The translations under genes and the position numbers were made by a program. Shown piece after piece: positions 49,601 through 62,095 of a stretch of 64,000 nucleotides of DNA; position 1 is the first letter of the stretch; every line of letters starts with the position of its first letter. Below the pieces are notes generated by a model that was not told the origin of the DNA, searched no databases, and saw nothing but the letters and a program-made list of their open reading frames with translations. The DNA is from Raja brachyura (taxonomy: Eukaryota), in the NCBI GenBank assembly GCA_963514005.1, contig OY740804.1:19840001-19904000 (forward strand), given 5' to 3'.

Positions 49601-50571
49601 GGCTGACTGGGACACATTTGCTGTACTTGCACATCAATGCTTACACTGTGTCAGACTAGTTGTATACACCTGCTGGGTCATACTGCCAACACTCACAAAA
49701 TCACACCTGCAGGAGCACACTCAGTCACATCTGCCAGCGCACACTAGCCGCTCTCAATCCTCTGTACTTAGCATCGCACTCACCTTGTCATAATCTGTGG
49801 CCACACTCGCCACAGTCACATCACTGAGTCACACTCGCTGGACCCACACCCACATTGCTTGCAGCTGCCTGGATCACTCATGCTCACCACTCTTGCTATG
49901 CTCACACTTACCTGGATCAGACAGATGGGACTCACAGTCAATGGTGTGACACTGTGCTCACATTCACAGGATTCACTGCGGCTGCCCAGCTCAGGGTCAC
50001 TTGTCAGATACACACTCACATGGGGTCGAACACACACTCTCTCAATCTCTCCCTCCTTCTCTCTCTATCGATCTCCCTCCTTCTCCCAATCTCTCCCTCC
50101 CTCTCTGTTCTCATTCTCTCTCTCTCTCCCTCCCAACACTTTCTCCCGCTCTTTCTCTCCCCTTTCCCTCTTTAATCCCTCAATTCTCTCTCTCTCGCTT
50201 CCCCCCTCCCTCTCACCCTATAGCTCTCACCTCCCCTCCTTCCCTCTTCCATCCACCCCTCCCTCCCTCTTCCTCCACTCCTCCCTCCCCCTCTCTCCAC
50301 CCCTCCCTCCCTCTCTCCTCTCCTATTTTTGGCAGTAGCTGTTTATTGGGTTCTGCCACATTCCATTGCAAAGGACCGTAAAGCAGCAATAACAAGTCAA
50401 GGAGGCTGTGGAACTGCTGACAAACACAATGTGGTCAGACAGAACCAAAGCTTTCTGAGTTGCCTCTCACAACTCCACAACACAACAATACTGCTTCAGT
50501 AACCACACACACAAACACTGTGACAACAACTCATAAAAATAAGTACAAATACTCCAACATAATCTGTGATC

Positions 50572-50724
50572 ACTGCACCATGGTCCAGGATATTGTCCTT
50601 CAGAGCGCCTTCTCCATCGCTCATGAAATTAGTAATCACTCATGCATGTTTTTAAATCCTTTTTTAGCCTTTACAATGGAGTTTCTTGCAGTCATAATTC
50701 TTTTACCATGGTATTACATTCATC
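50572..50724 (+). pseudogene. Partial, diverged duplicate of the ADAMTS HE-containing exon and adjoining intron
   Basis: Aligns with 51557-51717; encodes CTMVQDIVLQSAFSIAHEI and keeps the gtaatcac donor. Confidence 0.85.
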
Positions 50725-50843
50725 TCTGTACACTGATTGGTGTCTGGGAGTCCCTGGCTCTTGGGGATATCTGTACACTGACTCTCTCTGTACACTGACT
50801 GTCCCCATGCACTTTCTCCGTACACTGCCCCTGTACACTGACT

Positions 50844-51116
50844 GCGGTAGAGTTGCTGCCTTTCAGCGCCGGAGACCCGAGTTCGATCCTGACTACGGGT
50901 GCTGTCTGTTTGGAGTTTGTACGTTCTCCCCGTGACTGCGTGGGTTTTCTGTGAGATCTTCGCTTTCCTCCCACACTCCAAAGACGTACAGGTTTGTAGG
51001 CTAATTGGCTTGGTATAAATGTAAAAACTGTCCCTAGTGTGTGCAGGCTAGTATTAATGTGCATGGATTGCTGGGCCGAATGGCCTGTTTCCACGCCATA
51101 TCTCTATCTCTAAACT
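50844..51116 (+). mobile_element. tRNA-derived SINE (HE1/V-SINE-like)
   Basis: B-box GAGTTCGATCC, central TGGAGTTTGTACGTTCTCCCCGTG...CTCCCACACTCCAAAGAC, CR1-like 3' end; related copies at ~34973-35115 and ~58731-59000. Confidence 0.85.
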
Positions 51117-51477
51117 CTCTCCATACACTCTCTCTCCACACTCTACACAGTATCTGTGCACTCTCTTTGTATACTCAGTACACAGTCTCTGTACACTCTC
51201 TACATAAGCTCTATGCACTGTCTCTGTACACCCTTCTCTGTACACTGACTGTACACGCTCTCTGTACACTCTCTCTGCACACTCTATAAAGTCTCTGTAT
51301 ACTCTGCACATTGTCTCTGTGCATCTCTACACTGACTCTCTGTACATTGTCTCTGTACACTCTCTCTGTAAACTGGCCATACACTGTCTACGCACTCTCT
51401 TTCCCTGCACACTCTCTCTGTACACAGTCTGTACAATCTCCAGCAGCATTAACACCTCGGTGCCATTGACCCGTCAG

Positions 51478-51616
51478 AACCTCTGTCAGGAAAACTTCTG
51501 CGAGTCGCTGGGGCTTGGCCACATTGGGACGGTGTGTGAGGTGGACGGTGGTCAGAACTGTGCCGTGGTCCAGGACATCGGCCTTCAGAGCGCCTTCACC
51601 ATCGCTCATGAAATTG
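51478..51616 (+). CDS. ADAMTS5-like exon (catalytic domain, start of zinc motif)
   Basis: cgtcag|AAC...ATT G|gtaat; 139 bp; NLCQENFCESLGLGHIGTVC...CAVVQDIGLQSAFTIAHEI(G). Confidence 0.93.
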
Positions 51617-51789
51617 GTAATCACGTGGCTGGTTTTAAGTTCTTTTTTTGCCATTACAGGGGGGTTTTCTGCGCAGTCACAATATCTTTGCACAATTATC
51701 ATGGTATTACATTTATCAATACTGCTGTTTGTGCAGTTGTACACAACAGGCATCAAATTACAATATATTTAACTCCACGATACAGTCGG

Positions 51790-53700
51790 GTCCCTGCGGT
51801 GACCAACGATCATGGAGTCTCCATGAACACCGTGTGTTCCCTCTCCAGGGACACGTGGGCACGGAGGTAAGCCCGGAAGAAGGGCAGGCAGTCGGCGGGT
51901 AGAGACCTCACTGCCCATCCCCTGGACCCGACAATGGCCACTTTGGCCAGGCCCAGGAGCAAACCGACATGAGACCCCCCCTCACTGACTCACCCCCTCC
52001 GTATCGGGTAACCAAAGGGCAGGAGCGTGGGGCTGAAATACAGCCAAATCAGAGGAGCAGCCTCATGTAATACAGTGACAGGTGGCTGGCGTATCCATGA
52101 TCCGACGTACAAACCTATTACACGGCAGGGCTGTGTACCACACCGTCCACCACGGGTCCCCGATATAAAGGGAGAGACCTCCACTGGGTACCCTCCCCGC
52201 TATCGGACAGTGGAACAGCCCGCCATGGCGTCTGGACGGGAGACAAGGGTGAGGAAGTGTCGAGTGTGCAGGAGCAGCCAGTACAGCAAGCATTTCCCTG
52301 TGCCCTGGCACGTTGGGTATCTCGGAGACAGCTCATGTTGTGTGGGACCGGCTCCCGGGAAAGATCCCGGGGCTTGGGGCCGGTGAGCAATTCCAGTGGA
52401 GCGGGGTTAAGCCCGGTCAGAATCGCTCCACGCTCACGATCATCTCTGACACCCATCGTGACAGGGGGAGGACCGGCCACTCTCATAGCTACAACACCCC
52501 CTCCCTCTGACGAGTAGCATGTTTGCGGAAAGTGACCAAATCTTGGGCTCTTAATTGCTCATAGTGAATACTTGGCCAACCTAGTTTTTACAAGGCTTAC
52601 AGCTGACCAGATATGGAACATCCTTGGCGTACTCTCCTTCCATAGTGAAGAGGCCCCAGCAAGGATCCGTTAACCTTTACGAGACTCTCTGCAGTAACTT
52701 ACAAAAGCCAGACGGGCTACGAAATGCGACCTTAGTCCAAACACTTGCAGAGTCCTTGAAAAGTTAGTCATGATCCATCCTGTCAAACACTTTCTCCTGA
52801 TCAAGGGATAGAAAGGCGACTGAATGACTAACTTCCAGTTAGTCTGAACGAACAACTTCTAGGAAAGGTGGGTCGTGGAGTAGATGGACGTTTCCTAGTT
52901 GGACCAGCCAGGATGGTGTAGGACCGGTCAGGGTGGATCACTTGGACCAGCACGGAGCCTGTCAATTTGCCATTGGTCGGGCATAAGGAAGAACTTATAC
53001 TTTGTGCTGAGGCGAGACACTGGGCACTACTCCTTAGATAACCAAAATCCTTCTGGGATGTCCTTGGGGGCAACTACATGCAGCTCCCTGAGGGAAAGCA
53101 TGGTCACCAGGGAGATGCCCCCTCTGCCCCTCTCACGGGGTAGTTGTCATCCTGCTGCCCAAGCCCTATCAGCCCCAGGCCCTGGCAGCCCCTCCATCCC
53201 TGGGGACTTGACCCTCCTGAGTGGCGCTGGGCATTGGTCAGCTCCCCCAATGCCAGGAGACCATTGAGATGTGGGAAACATCTGGGCCAACGGTTAGTAG
53301 GCCCTTCCAAAAGACCCCTCACATCCTCGTTGGATGGATCCGACGAGAATAGCCTTGTAAAAGGACCAGGTTGAGGCACTAATCCTGCCCAGATCTGTGA
53401 CAGTGGGGCAGTGTCTGCAGGTAGCTCCACAAGCTACCAGGAAACATCACAATTTTTCCAGAGAGTAGAAAGGTGAAGCGCGGTCCAAATTATGCCATGT
53501 CTGGACCCATGACCTCACGTATAAACCACAGGACCACACAAGCTGCAAGTCCCTCAGTGCTGCTTCCCGCTCTTGTACAATCGCCACTGGAGTGTGTACC
53601 CGCAGTCCCACCCAGGACATACTCCAAGTCGAGCACCTCTCCCACAAGCCCCCAATTCAGATTTCCCAACTCCTGGTTGACATTCATGCAGACTGCTGAC
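51790..53700 (-). mobile_element. Degenerate Tx1-clade LINE
   Basis: Reverse-complement LLLGLAKVAI C-terminus near 51.9 kb; decayed RT-like LQVFGLRSHFVARL near 52.7 kb; upstream boundary uncertain. Confidence 0.5.
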
Positions 53701-53852
53701 CACATGAGCCGTTCCCACAGTCCACCAAAACCTTCCAAAGTCTCACCACTTTTTAATGCTCTCTGACAACTAACCCTTCTGATTTTATTTCACAGACTCA
53801 CACAGAGCTCCTATTAGTGTCTGACCTTGAAGTGTACTGGGACAGTGTAGAC

Positions 53853-55589
53853 TGTCAAAACAATCAAAACAATCACGGACTATAAGACTGCTCCACCACC
53901 CTGTGATGACAACATTGAGTTCCTCAATGAACTCAACAACTATTTTGGACGGTTCGAGGCATTAAATAACACACCTGCAAGTAAAGGTATTCCTCACTGT
54001 GATGAACAGGCACTCAGTCTTGACATAGTGGATGTACGGAGGACCCTAAAAGGAGTGAACGCACGAAAGGCGGCAGGCCCTGATAACATACCAGGGCGGG
54101 TGTTCAGGGAATGTGCTGATCAGATGGCACATGTCCTTACGGACATATTTAACACCTCGCTGAACCAGGCTGTCGTCCCATTATGTTTCAAGACTGCCAC
54201 CATCATACCAGTGCCAAAAAAATCCAACATACATTGTCTCAACGACTACCGTCCTGTAGCACTCACCCCCATAATGATGAAGTGCTTCGAGAGGCTGGTC
54301 AGGGACCATATTACCTCCAGACTCCCCTCCACACTTGACCCATACCAGTTTGCTTACAGGCCAAACCGCTCCACAGAGGACGCTATATCCTCTGTACTCC
54401 ATCTGAGCCTGGAACAGTTAGAGGAGAAGAACACCTATGTGCGAATGCTGTTCGTGGATTTTAGTTCAGCATTCAACACAATTATCTCTCAGCACCTGAT
54501 AAGCAAACTGGTTCCATTGGGCCTCAGCACCCCCATGTGCAACTGGCTACTGGACTTCCTCACTGACAGACCCAGTCTGTGAGGGTTGGAAATAACACCT
54601 CTAACACCATCTCTCTGAGCACCGGCTCCCCTCGGGGCTGTGTCCTGAGTCCACTGCTGTTTACCCTGATGACCCACGACTGTTGTGCCAGGTTTAGTAC
54701 AAACCACATCATGAAGTACGCAGATGACACAACAGTGGTGGGCCTCATCAGGGACGACAATGAGCTGGCTTACAGGGAGGAGGTGAAACAACTGGTGGAC
54801 TGGTGCAACACGAACAACCTGATCCTGAATGTCGAAAAAACAAAGGAGGTCATCGTCGACTTCAGGCAAAACCGGCACAGTCCCACACCACTTCACATCA
54901 ATGACAGCGATGTGGAGGTGGTCAGTAGCACTGAGTTCCTGGGGGTGCAGATCACTAACAGTTTGACCTGGTCAAATAACATCTCATCAACTGTTAAGAG
55001 AGCGCAGCAGCGGTTGCACTTTCTGCGCCGGATGAGAAGAGCTCACCTCCCCCATCCCATCCTCACCACTTTCTACAGGGGCACCATAGAGAGTATTTTG
55101 CCAGCTGTATCTCTGTCTGGTTTGGGGACTGTAAAGTCTCTGACTGGAAGTCCGTGCAGAGAGTGGTGAGGACAGCGGAAAAAATCATCGGGACCTCTCT
55201 CCCCTCAATCGGGGATATTGCAACCAAACGTTGCGTGTCTAAGGCCAGCAGTATTATAAAAGACCCCACACATCTCCATCACGGACTGTTCACTCTGCTG
55301 CCTTCGGGCAAAAGATATCGCAGCATAAGGAGCAGAACATCAAGGTTCTCTGCAACAGCTTCTACCCACGAGCCATCAGACTCCTGAATGCCACGTAATG
55401 GGCTGTCACCATTGTCTATTTATCCATTTATCCTTTTATCCTTTTTATCCATTTTATCCATGTGTATCCTTCTGTTAATTATCGTGTTGCACAGGGAGCC
55501 AAATGCAACGGAATTTCGTTTGGAACTGCATATCTCGATGTATTTCTAAATGACAATAAAGTTTGTTTGACTTTTTGACTTTGACTTTG
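53853..55589 (+). mobile_element. Rex/Babar LINE, 5'-truncated, frameshifted RT
   Basis: [29 protein letters not shown] and KYADD; AATAAA then (GACTTT)n tail; TSD AGAC at 53849-53852 and 55590-55593. Confidence 0.93.
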
Positions 55590-55643
55590 AGACGGAGCTT
55601 CACTCTGTGTCTGATTGTGTCCATGTTGTCTCCCTATTCGCAG

Positions 55644-55811
55644 GACATCTCATCGGCATGGCACACGACAACTCGGAGATTTGTGTGCAGATGGGGGAGG
55701 ACTCCTGGGGTCACCAGATGATGTCTCCCATGTTGTCCAGAGTCAACATGGCTGCGCCCTGGTCTCTCTGCAGCGTTCGCTTATCCCTCGGATTCTTTGC
55801 AAGTGGCAGGG
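55644..55811 (+). CDS. ADAMTS5-like exon (zinc motif completion and Met-turn)
   Basis: tcgcag|GA CAT...AGG G|gtgaga; 168 bp; completes HEIGHLIGMAHD, then C...HQMMSP...PWSLCS. Confidence 0.93.
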
Positions 55812-55835
55812 GTGAGACTTCGTGCAAGGGGGTCG

Positions 55836-56340
55836 GTGAGGGAGCGCCGCGCTGTGGGGGGGGGGGGGGGCGGTGAGGGAGCGCCACGCTGTGGGGGGGG
55901 GCGGTGAGGGAGCGCCGCGCTGTGGGGGGGGGCGGTGAGGGAGCGCCACGCTGTGGGGGGGGGGGTGAGGGAGCGCCACGCTATAGGGGGGGGGGTGGTG
56001 AGGGAGCGCCACGTTGTGGGGGGGGGGGTGAGGGAGCGCCACGTTGTGGGGGGGGGGCGGTGAGGGAGCGCCGCGCTGTGGGGGGGGGGCGGTGAGGGAG
56101 CGCCACGCTGTAGGGGGGGGGGTGAGGGAGCGCCACGCTATAGGGGGGGTGGTGAGGGAGCGCCACGTTGTGGGGGGGGGGTGAGGGAGCGCCACGTTGT
56201 GGGGGGGGGTGATGAGGGAGCGCCACGCTGTAGGGGGAGGCGGTGAGGGAGCGCCGCACTGTGGGGGGCGGTGAGGGAGCGCCGCGCTGTGGGGGGTGGG
56301 GGGTGGTGAGGGAGCGCCGCACTGTGGGAGGGGCGGTGAA
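55836..56340. repeat. G-rich ~30-bp minisatellite (GGTGAGGGAGCGCC(A/G)CGCTGTG(G)n)
   Basis: About 16 units with variable poly-G, starting ~25 bp after the exon donor. Confidence 0.92.
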
Positions 56341-56994
56341 GGTGCCGTGCGCCGGTGAAGGGGCGGAGAGGTTCATATGAGGCTCGATGCTAAAGTGCAA
56401 GGCTGGCAGGATTAGGGAGCTCAGGTTTGTGAAGAATATTGAGGTCATGCTCATTGAGGCATTCGTCATGCCTTAGCAGCTGAAGTCAAGCGAGGAGTAG
56501 CAGGTATGTTGGAGTACACAAGATGCAAATGAGGAGGGAAAACAAGGTCATAAAACAGATTAGATTAGTTTATTGTCCTTTACTTGAGTGTGCAATTAAA
56601 TTCCTTGTTCACATGAAGCTAACAGAGTAAACAGTACACAGCAGATGATACTCACAGCCTTCTTTATGCAATGCATCATTAAGGTAGACTGGATAGTAGC
56701 AAGGGCCGTGTTCACCACTCTCTACAGCTTCAAGGTCAAGGTCGGTATGGATATGATTCGTAGTGTTGAAGTCAATAGTGTAGTCAATAGCATTCTGACA
56801 TAGGGGTTCTTCCTGACAAGGTGATGCAGGGCATAATGTAACACCAGATGTATGGCCATCCTACAAAGACCTATGTTTCTTGTCTCTGTAAATCTAGTTT
56901 TCCTGTCGCAGAGAAGAATCCAGAGAGATTCTACAAGCATATTAAAAGCAAAAGAGTAATTCAGGGGAGAATAAGGATCGTTAAAAATCAGAGG

Positions 56995-59900
56995 CCCGTT
57001 AAGAATTGCAGAATGTTGTAGACGTAGCCCAGTCCATCACACAGACCAGACTCTTCACCACTGACTCCATCTACACTCCATGCTGCCCTGGAAAAGCAGC
57101 CAACAGAATCAAAGACTTGCCCCACCTTGACATTTCCTTCCTCTCCTTGATCCCGTTGGGCAGGAGGTATAGTTGCTTGACACGTGTCCATGAGACTCAG
57201 AAACTATTTCTTCTCTCTGTTATCAGGCTTCTGAGCGGTCCTTCCATAAGCCTGGGTACTGTCCGATTCACCTCTACTCCATTGCGGACATCTGTCGAAC
57301 TGATGTGCTCCAATGCTGCACCTTCCACCATTCCACCATCGCTCTGTTTATTGTACTTGAGCTCGACTTGATTGTATGTAATGATGGTATTATCTGATCT
57401 GATTGGATAGCATGCAAAACAAAGCGTTTCACCTGTATCTCGGTACACTTAATACTCAACTTAACCCTATGTGTGGAGCCGCAGGAGATGTGCAAGGTGA
57501 TAAATTACTATTTGATTGTTGGTATTTACTGTGGAGAAAGACTAATAGTGAAGTCTTGAAGAGTCCACATTGCAGAGGAGGAGCTGCTGGAGATCTTAAA
57601 CACATGTCTTAAACACATTAAGATTGTTACAATAACAGAGGGAGGTGCCTCGTCCTTGGGACCTGAGCAGATGTATTCTAGAATGTCATTTTGGAAACTA
57701 GGGAGGAAATTGCATGGCCCATGGGTCAACGATAACCATGGATGAGGTACCAGAAGACTTGAAGCTGGCTAATGCGCCCCTTTTCAAGAATGGCTGCATG
57801 AAAAACCCTGGGACCTATAGGCCAACAAGCCTACCCCTGTGGAACTTCACTGGTCACAAATCTCCGGCCAGGATAATTCCCTCTGTCCTCCATGGCTAAG
57901 CCAGTTCTGAAGCCAAACTGCTACATCACTGTGAGTCCCATGCATCTTAAACTTATGGATCAGCCTACCATGAAGGAATTTATCAAGTGCTTACTAATAT
58001 CCACAGCATCCACTGCCCTACCGTCATCAATCGCCTTTGTAATTTCATCAAAATCTCAATCAAGCCATGACCTGCCACAGACAAAGCCAGACTATTTATC
58101 CCAATGAGAGGCAAAGAAAGGGTAGACAGTCAGAACCTTTTTTTCCAGGATAGAAAAGTCAAATAACTGTAAGGTATGAGTGAAACAAAATTTAAAAGAG
58201 ATGTGTGGGATAAGTTTTTTCCACAGTGGGTGGCTGCTTGGGGCAGTGGTTGAAGCAGATATGATAGTGGCATTTATGAGACTATGGATATGCAGGGAAT
58301 GGATTGATATGGATTGTGTGCAGACATGTAAGATTCAGTCTTGGTATCATGTTTGATACAGACATTGTGGACTGAAAGGGCCTGCTCCTGTGGTGTTCTA
58401 TATTCTATGCAATAGGTTGAGCGAAAAGACAGATCCAGTGTGTACTATATAAAGTCCAAAATCTGCAATTAGAGAGGCTGGAGAATGGGTACTGTACCCT
58501 AGCTTATGGAAGGACTGTTCAGAAGACAGAAAACAGAGAGGAAGAAACTGTCTGTGGTGTGCGTTCTGTCAAGCTTCTGTATCTCCTGCCCGATGGGAGT
58601 GGGGAGATGAAGGAATAACTGGGGTGGGAAAGGTCTTTGATTATGTTGGTTGCTTTCCCAGGGCAGCATGAAGTGTAGAATGAGTCAATGGTGGGGAGTC
58701 TGGTCTTTGCTGGAGATTGAGTGGGTTGCACAGTGGCACGGTGAGGCCCAGGTATGATCCTACCTGTGGGTGCTGTCTGTACGGAGTTTGGATATTCTCC
58801 CAGTGATTGCATGGGATTTCTCCGGGTACTCCGGTTTCTTCCCACATTCCAAAGACGTACAAGTTTGTAGGTTAATTTGGCCGTGGAAAAAAAAGTGAAT
58901 TGTTTAGGATAGTGCAAGTCTACGGGGATTGCTGATTGGCGCAGTCCCGGTTGACAAATGGGCCTGTTTCTGTGCTGTATCTATAAACTAAACTAAACTA
59001 TATTTACAACTCTGCAATTTCTTGCATTGTTGGGCAGAAAGCAACCTGCAATGGTTCCCCAACCAAGCTGCAATGCAACCCGACAGTTTGCTTTCTATGT
59101 GTAATTAGGAACTGCAGATGCTGGTTTAAACTGAAGATAAGCACAAAAAGTTGGAGTAACTCAGCGGGACAGGCAGCATATTTAGCGAGAAGGGATGAGT
59201 GACGTTTTGGGTCGAGACCCTTCTTCAGATGTGTGTGCAGAAGTTTGTAAAAATCATACCACGTTTCCTCAGTGTCCTGAGTCGGGAGACTTACCAAAAT
59301 CCAGCATTCCACACTTGCCAATTGGACAGGAAATTAGCTGATGGAAGGAATCAGAGAGTCGTAGTGGTGAGTTGTTATTCCGATTGGTGATTACCTCCAG
59401 TGGAGTTCCCCAGGGATCGGTGCTGGTTTCCTGTTGTCTGTCATTTATATTAACAATGTGGATGATAATATTGTCAACATGGGTTGTAAGTTTGAGGATG
59501 ACACCAAAACTGGTGGTATCGTGGATTGTGCGGAAGGCTGTGTAAGATTACAACAGGATTTAGATGAACTGGAATTGTGGCCAAGGAATGGCAGGTGGAA
59601 TTGAACTCAGGGAAGTAATGCTGCATTTTGGTAAGTTAAACAAGGGTGAGTCACACAGTCAATGGCAAGTGTATGAGTGTTATAGAACACGGAGATCTCA
59701 GGGTGCAGTTGCTTATTTCCTGAAAGTGGGGGGGGGGGGGGCACTAGAAACACAGGGTGGAGAAGGGGTTTGACTTTAATGGCCAGGGGATTTATTACAG
59801 GAGTTATGACGTTATGCTACAGCTCTACAAGGTGTTGGCGAGCCCACACTTATGGTCACATTGTTATGGGAATTATGTCATTAAGCTGGAACAGTGCAAG

Positions 59901-60020
59901 AAAGAAACACAGGGATGTTATCCTCTCATGATGGGCATGTTATAAGGAAAAGCTGGACAGGCTGAGTGCTTTCTCTGGCGTGAAGGAGATGGAGGGGTGA
60001 CCTTATGGAGGCATATAGAA
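56995..60020. mobile_element. Mixed degenerate Rex-like, CR1, SINE and Penelope fragments
   Basis: LQNVVDVAQSIT (Rex), CR1 RT remnants, SINE at 58731-59000, Penelope piece at ~59110-59230. Confidence 0.65.
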
Positions 60021-60136
60021 TCATGAGGTGTAGGGATAATGTTCCTGTTCACTCCTGAGACGATGCAACAGAAAACAACGGAGAGGAGTGAGATGGTCAT
60101 TTCTCGCCACCTCTCTCCCCTGCCCTCATCCTCCTA

Positions 60137-60557
60137 GAAACATAGAAACATAGGTGCAGGAGTAGGCCATTCGGCCCTTCGAGCCTGCACCGCCATTCAA
60201 TATGATCATGGCTGATCATCCAACTCAGTATCCTGTACCTGCCTTCTCTCCATACCCCCTGATCCCTTTAGCCACAAGGGCCACATCTAACTCCCTCTTA
60301 AATATAGCCAATAAATTGGCCTCAACTACCTTCCATGGCAGAGAATTCCAGAGATTCACCACTCTCTGTATGAAAAATGTTTTTCTCATCTCGGTTCTAA
60401 AAGACTTCCCCCTTATCCTTAAACCGTGACCCCTTGTCCTGGACTTCCCCAACATCGGGAACAATCTTCCTGCATCTATCTTGTCCAACCCTTTAAGGAT
60501 TTTGTAAGTTTCTATAAGATCCCCCCCTCAATCTTCTAAATTCTAGCGAGTACAAGC
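60137..60557 (-). mobile_element. CR1 LINE 3' fragment
   Basis: Minus-strand DAGRLFPMLGKSRTRGH...GYGEKAGTGY* with CATAGAAA tail. Confidence 0.9.
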
Positions 60558-60642
60558 CTCTCTCCATTTTTCCAACACTCTCTACCAGCTCCCGCTCTCC
60601 CATCGGCCCCCCAGCTCACGGTTTTCCCTCTCCCCCGCACAG

Positions 60643-60917
60643 GTGACTGCCTCTTGAACGAACCGTCCGTCTCTTTGGCTGAATCCGTCCCTCTTGCCGG
60701 CACGACCTATGACCGGGATATCCAGTGCCGGCTGTCCTTTGGCCCAGGGTTCCGGGCGCGACCGGGCCTGGACCCGTGCCCGGTGCTGTGGTGCTTGGCT
60801 CGGCACCAGGGCGAGTGGCAGCACGTCAGCAAGCAGTTGCCGGCAGCGGACGGGACGCCGTGTGGTGGGGCAGCCGTCTGCCTCCGCGGCAAGTGCACCT
60901 CCAACTGGCAACAACTG
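60643..60917 (+). CDS. ADAMTS5-like exon (end of catalytic domain plus disintegrin-like domain)
   Basis: cgcacag|GT GAC TGC...CTG|gtacgt; 275 bp; DCLLNEP...YD...QC.L.FGP...LWC...LPAADGTPCG...CLRGKC. Confidence 0.92.
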
Positions 60918-61021
60918 GTACGTACCCAGCCAGGGTGGGGGTGAATCACCTGTCTACCCCTGGACAGCGCTGAGGGAGCATCACCTTGTGCCTGACCCTG
61001 GTGACTGTTGCTGTTTTCCAG

Positions 61022-61208
61022 ACTCCGGTAAACGGGAGCTGGGGTCCGTGGGGCCCGTGGAGATCCTGCTCTCGTTCATGTGGAGGTGGGGTCCAATACT
61101 CTCGGCGCCGCTGTGACAATCCCACCCCCACCAACTTCGGCCACTTCTGCCTGGGAACGTGGGAGAGGTTCCAATCGTGCAACCTGGAGTCGTGCCCGGA
61201 CGACAACG
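61022..61208 (+). CDS. ADAMTS5-like exon (thrombospondin type 1 repeat)
   Basis: ttccag|ACT...AAC G|gtaggt; 187 bp; [30 protein letters not shown]...C...SCN...CP. Confidence 0.95.
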
Positions 61209-61931
61209 GTAGGTTCACATGGTCACAAGCAGCCCACTTAGCTTGTCCGCCGCCACCGCCACCACCGTCTCTCACTGCCTCTGATCCTCGGGTACTAAAC
61301 GTTCCCATTGCCCTGCTGCAACTTCCTCATACTAGCCCTTTTTGCAGATCTGCATTAAAGCAGGGTCATCGACTCATAGAGCAATGCGGTAGTGTAACGC
61401 GCCCTTCAGCCCACTGGGCCCCAGCTCACACCAATCACCGATGTACAGCTATGCCACATGAATCCTATTTTTATTCTCCCAGTGGTCCCACATCCCCCCC
61501 TCCCCCCAGATTCCCTTCCTCACCCCCGTCCCCCACATCCACATATTAGGGCATTTCACAGCAGCCAATTAACCCATCCACCCACACATTGCTGGGATGT
61601 GGCAGGAAACTGGAATCCCACGTGGTGACTGGCAGAAGGTGCAAACTCCACCAGCCGAGGTCAGGGTTGATGCTGGGGCACTGAGCTTTGTGATCTGCCT
61701 GAGAGTCTGAAAAATGGCCATAAACTGCAACCGCCCATCCACTTCCCACTTCACGGAGAAAATGCGTGCATCCCCTGCTCTTGCTTTGTTGCACCACTGC
61801 ATTGAACTCTGCGGATCAAATTGCACCTGGCCCTTTTTGGGCCCAGTCCATTGCCCGCTCCATGTACTCTGGTGGTCCCTCTACTCTGAGGGTGGGATGT
61901 GTCTGACGGGAAGTCCGTGGTGTGCCGACAG

Positions 61932-62095
61932 GTGGGAGTTTCCGACAGGAGCAGTGCGAGGCGAGGAACGGCCCATCTCCGGAAGGGACGCTGCAGGAGT
62001 GGGAAGCGTACTACCATGGCATCCGCTGGCCAGACCTCTGCAAACTCAACTGCCTGCTGAAGGGCACCGACCTGGTCACAGTCTTCTCCATCAAG
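61932..62095 (+). CDS. ADAMTS5-like exon (cysteine-rich domain)
   Basis: gacag|GT GGG...AAG|gttcgt; 164 bp; GSFRQEQCEARNG...EW...Y.G....DLCKLNC..KGT....VFSIK. Confidence 0.92.
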
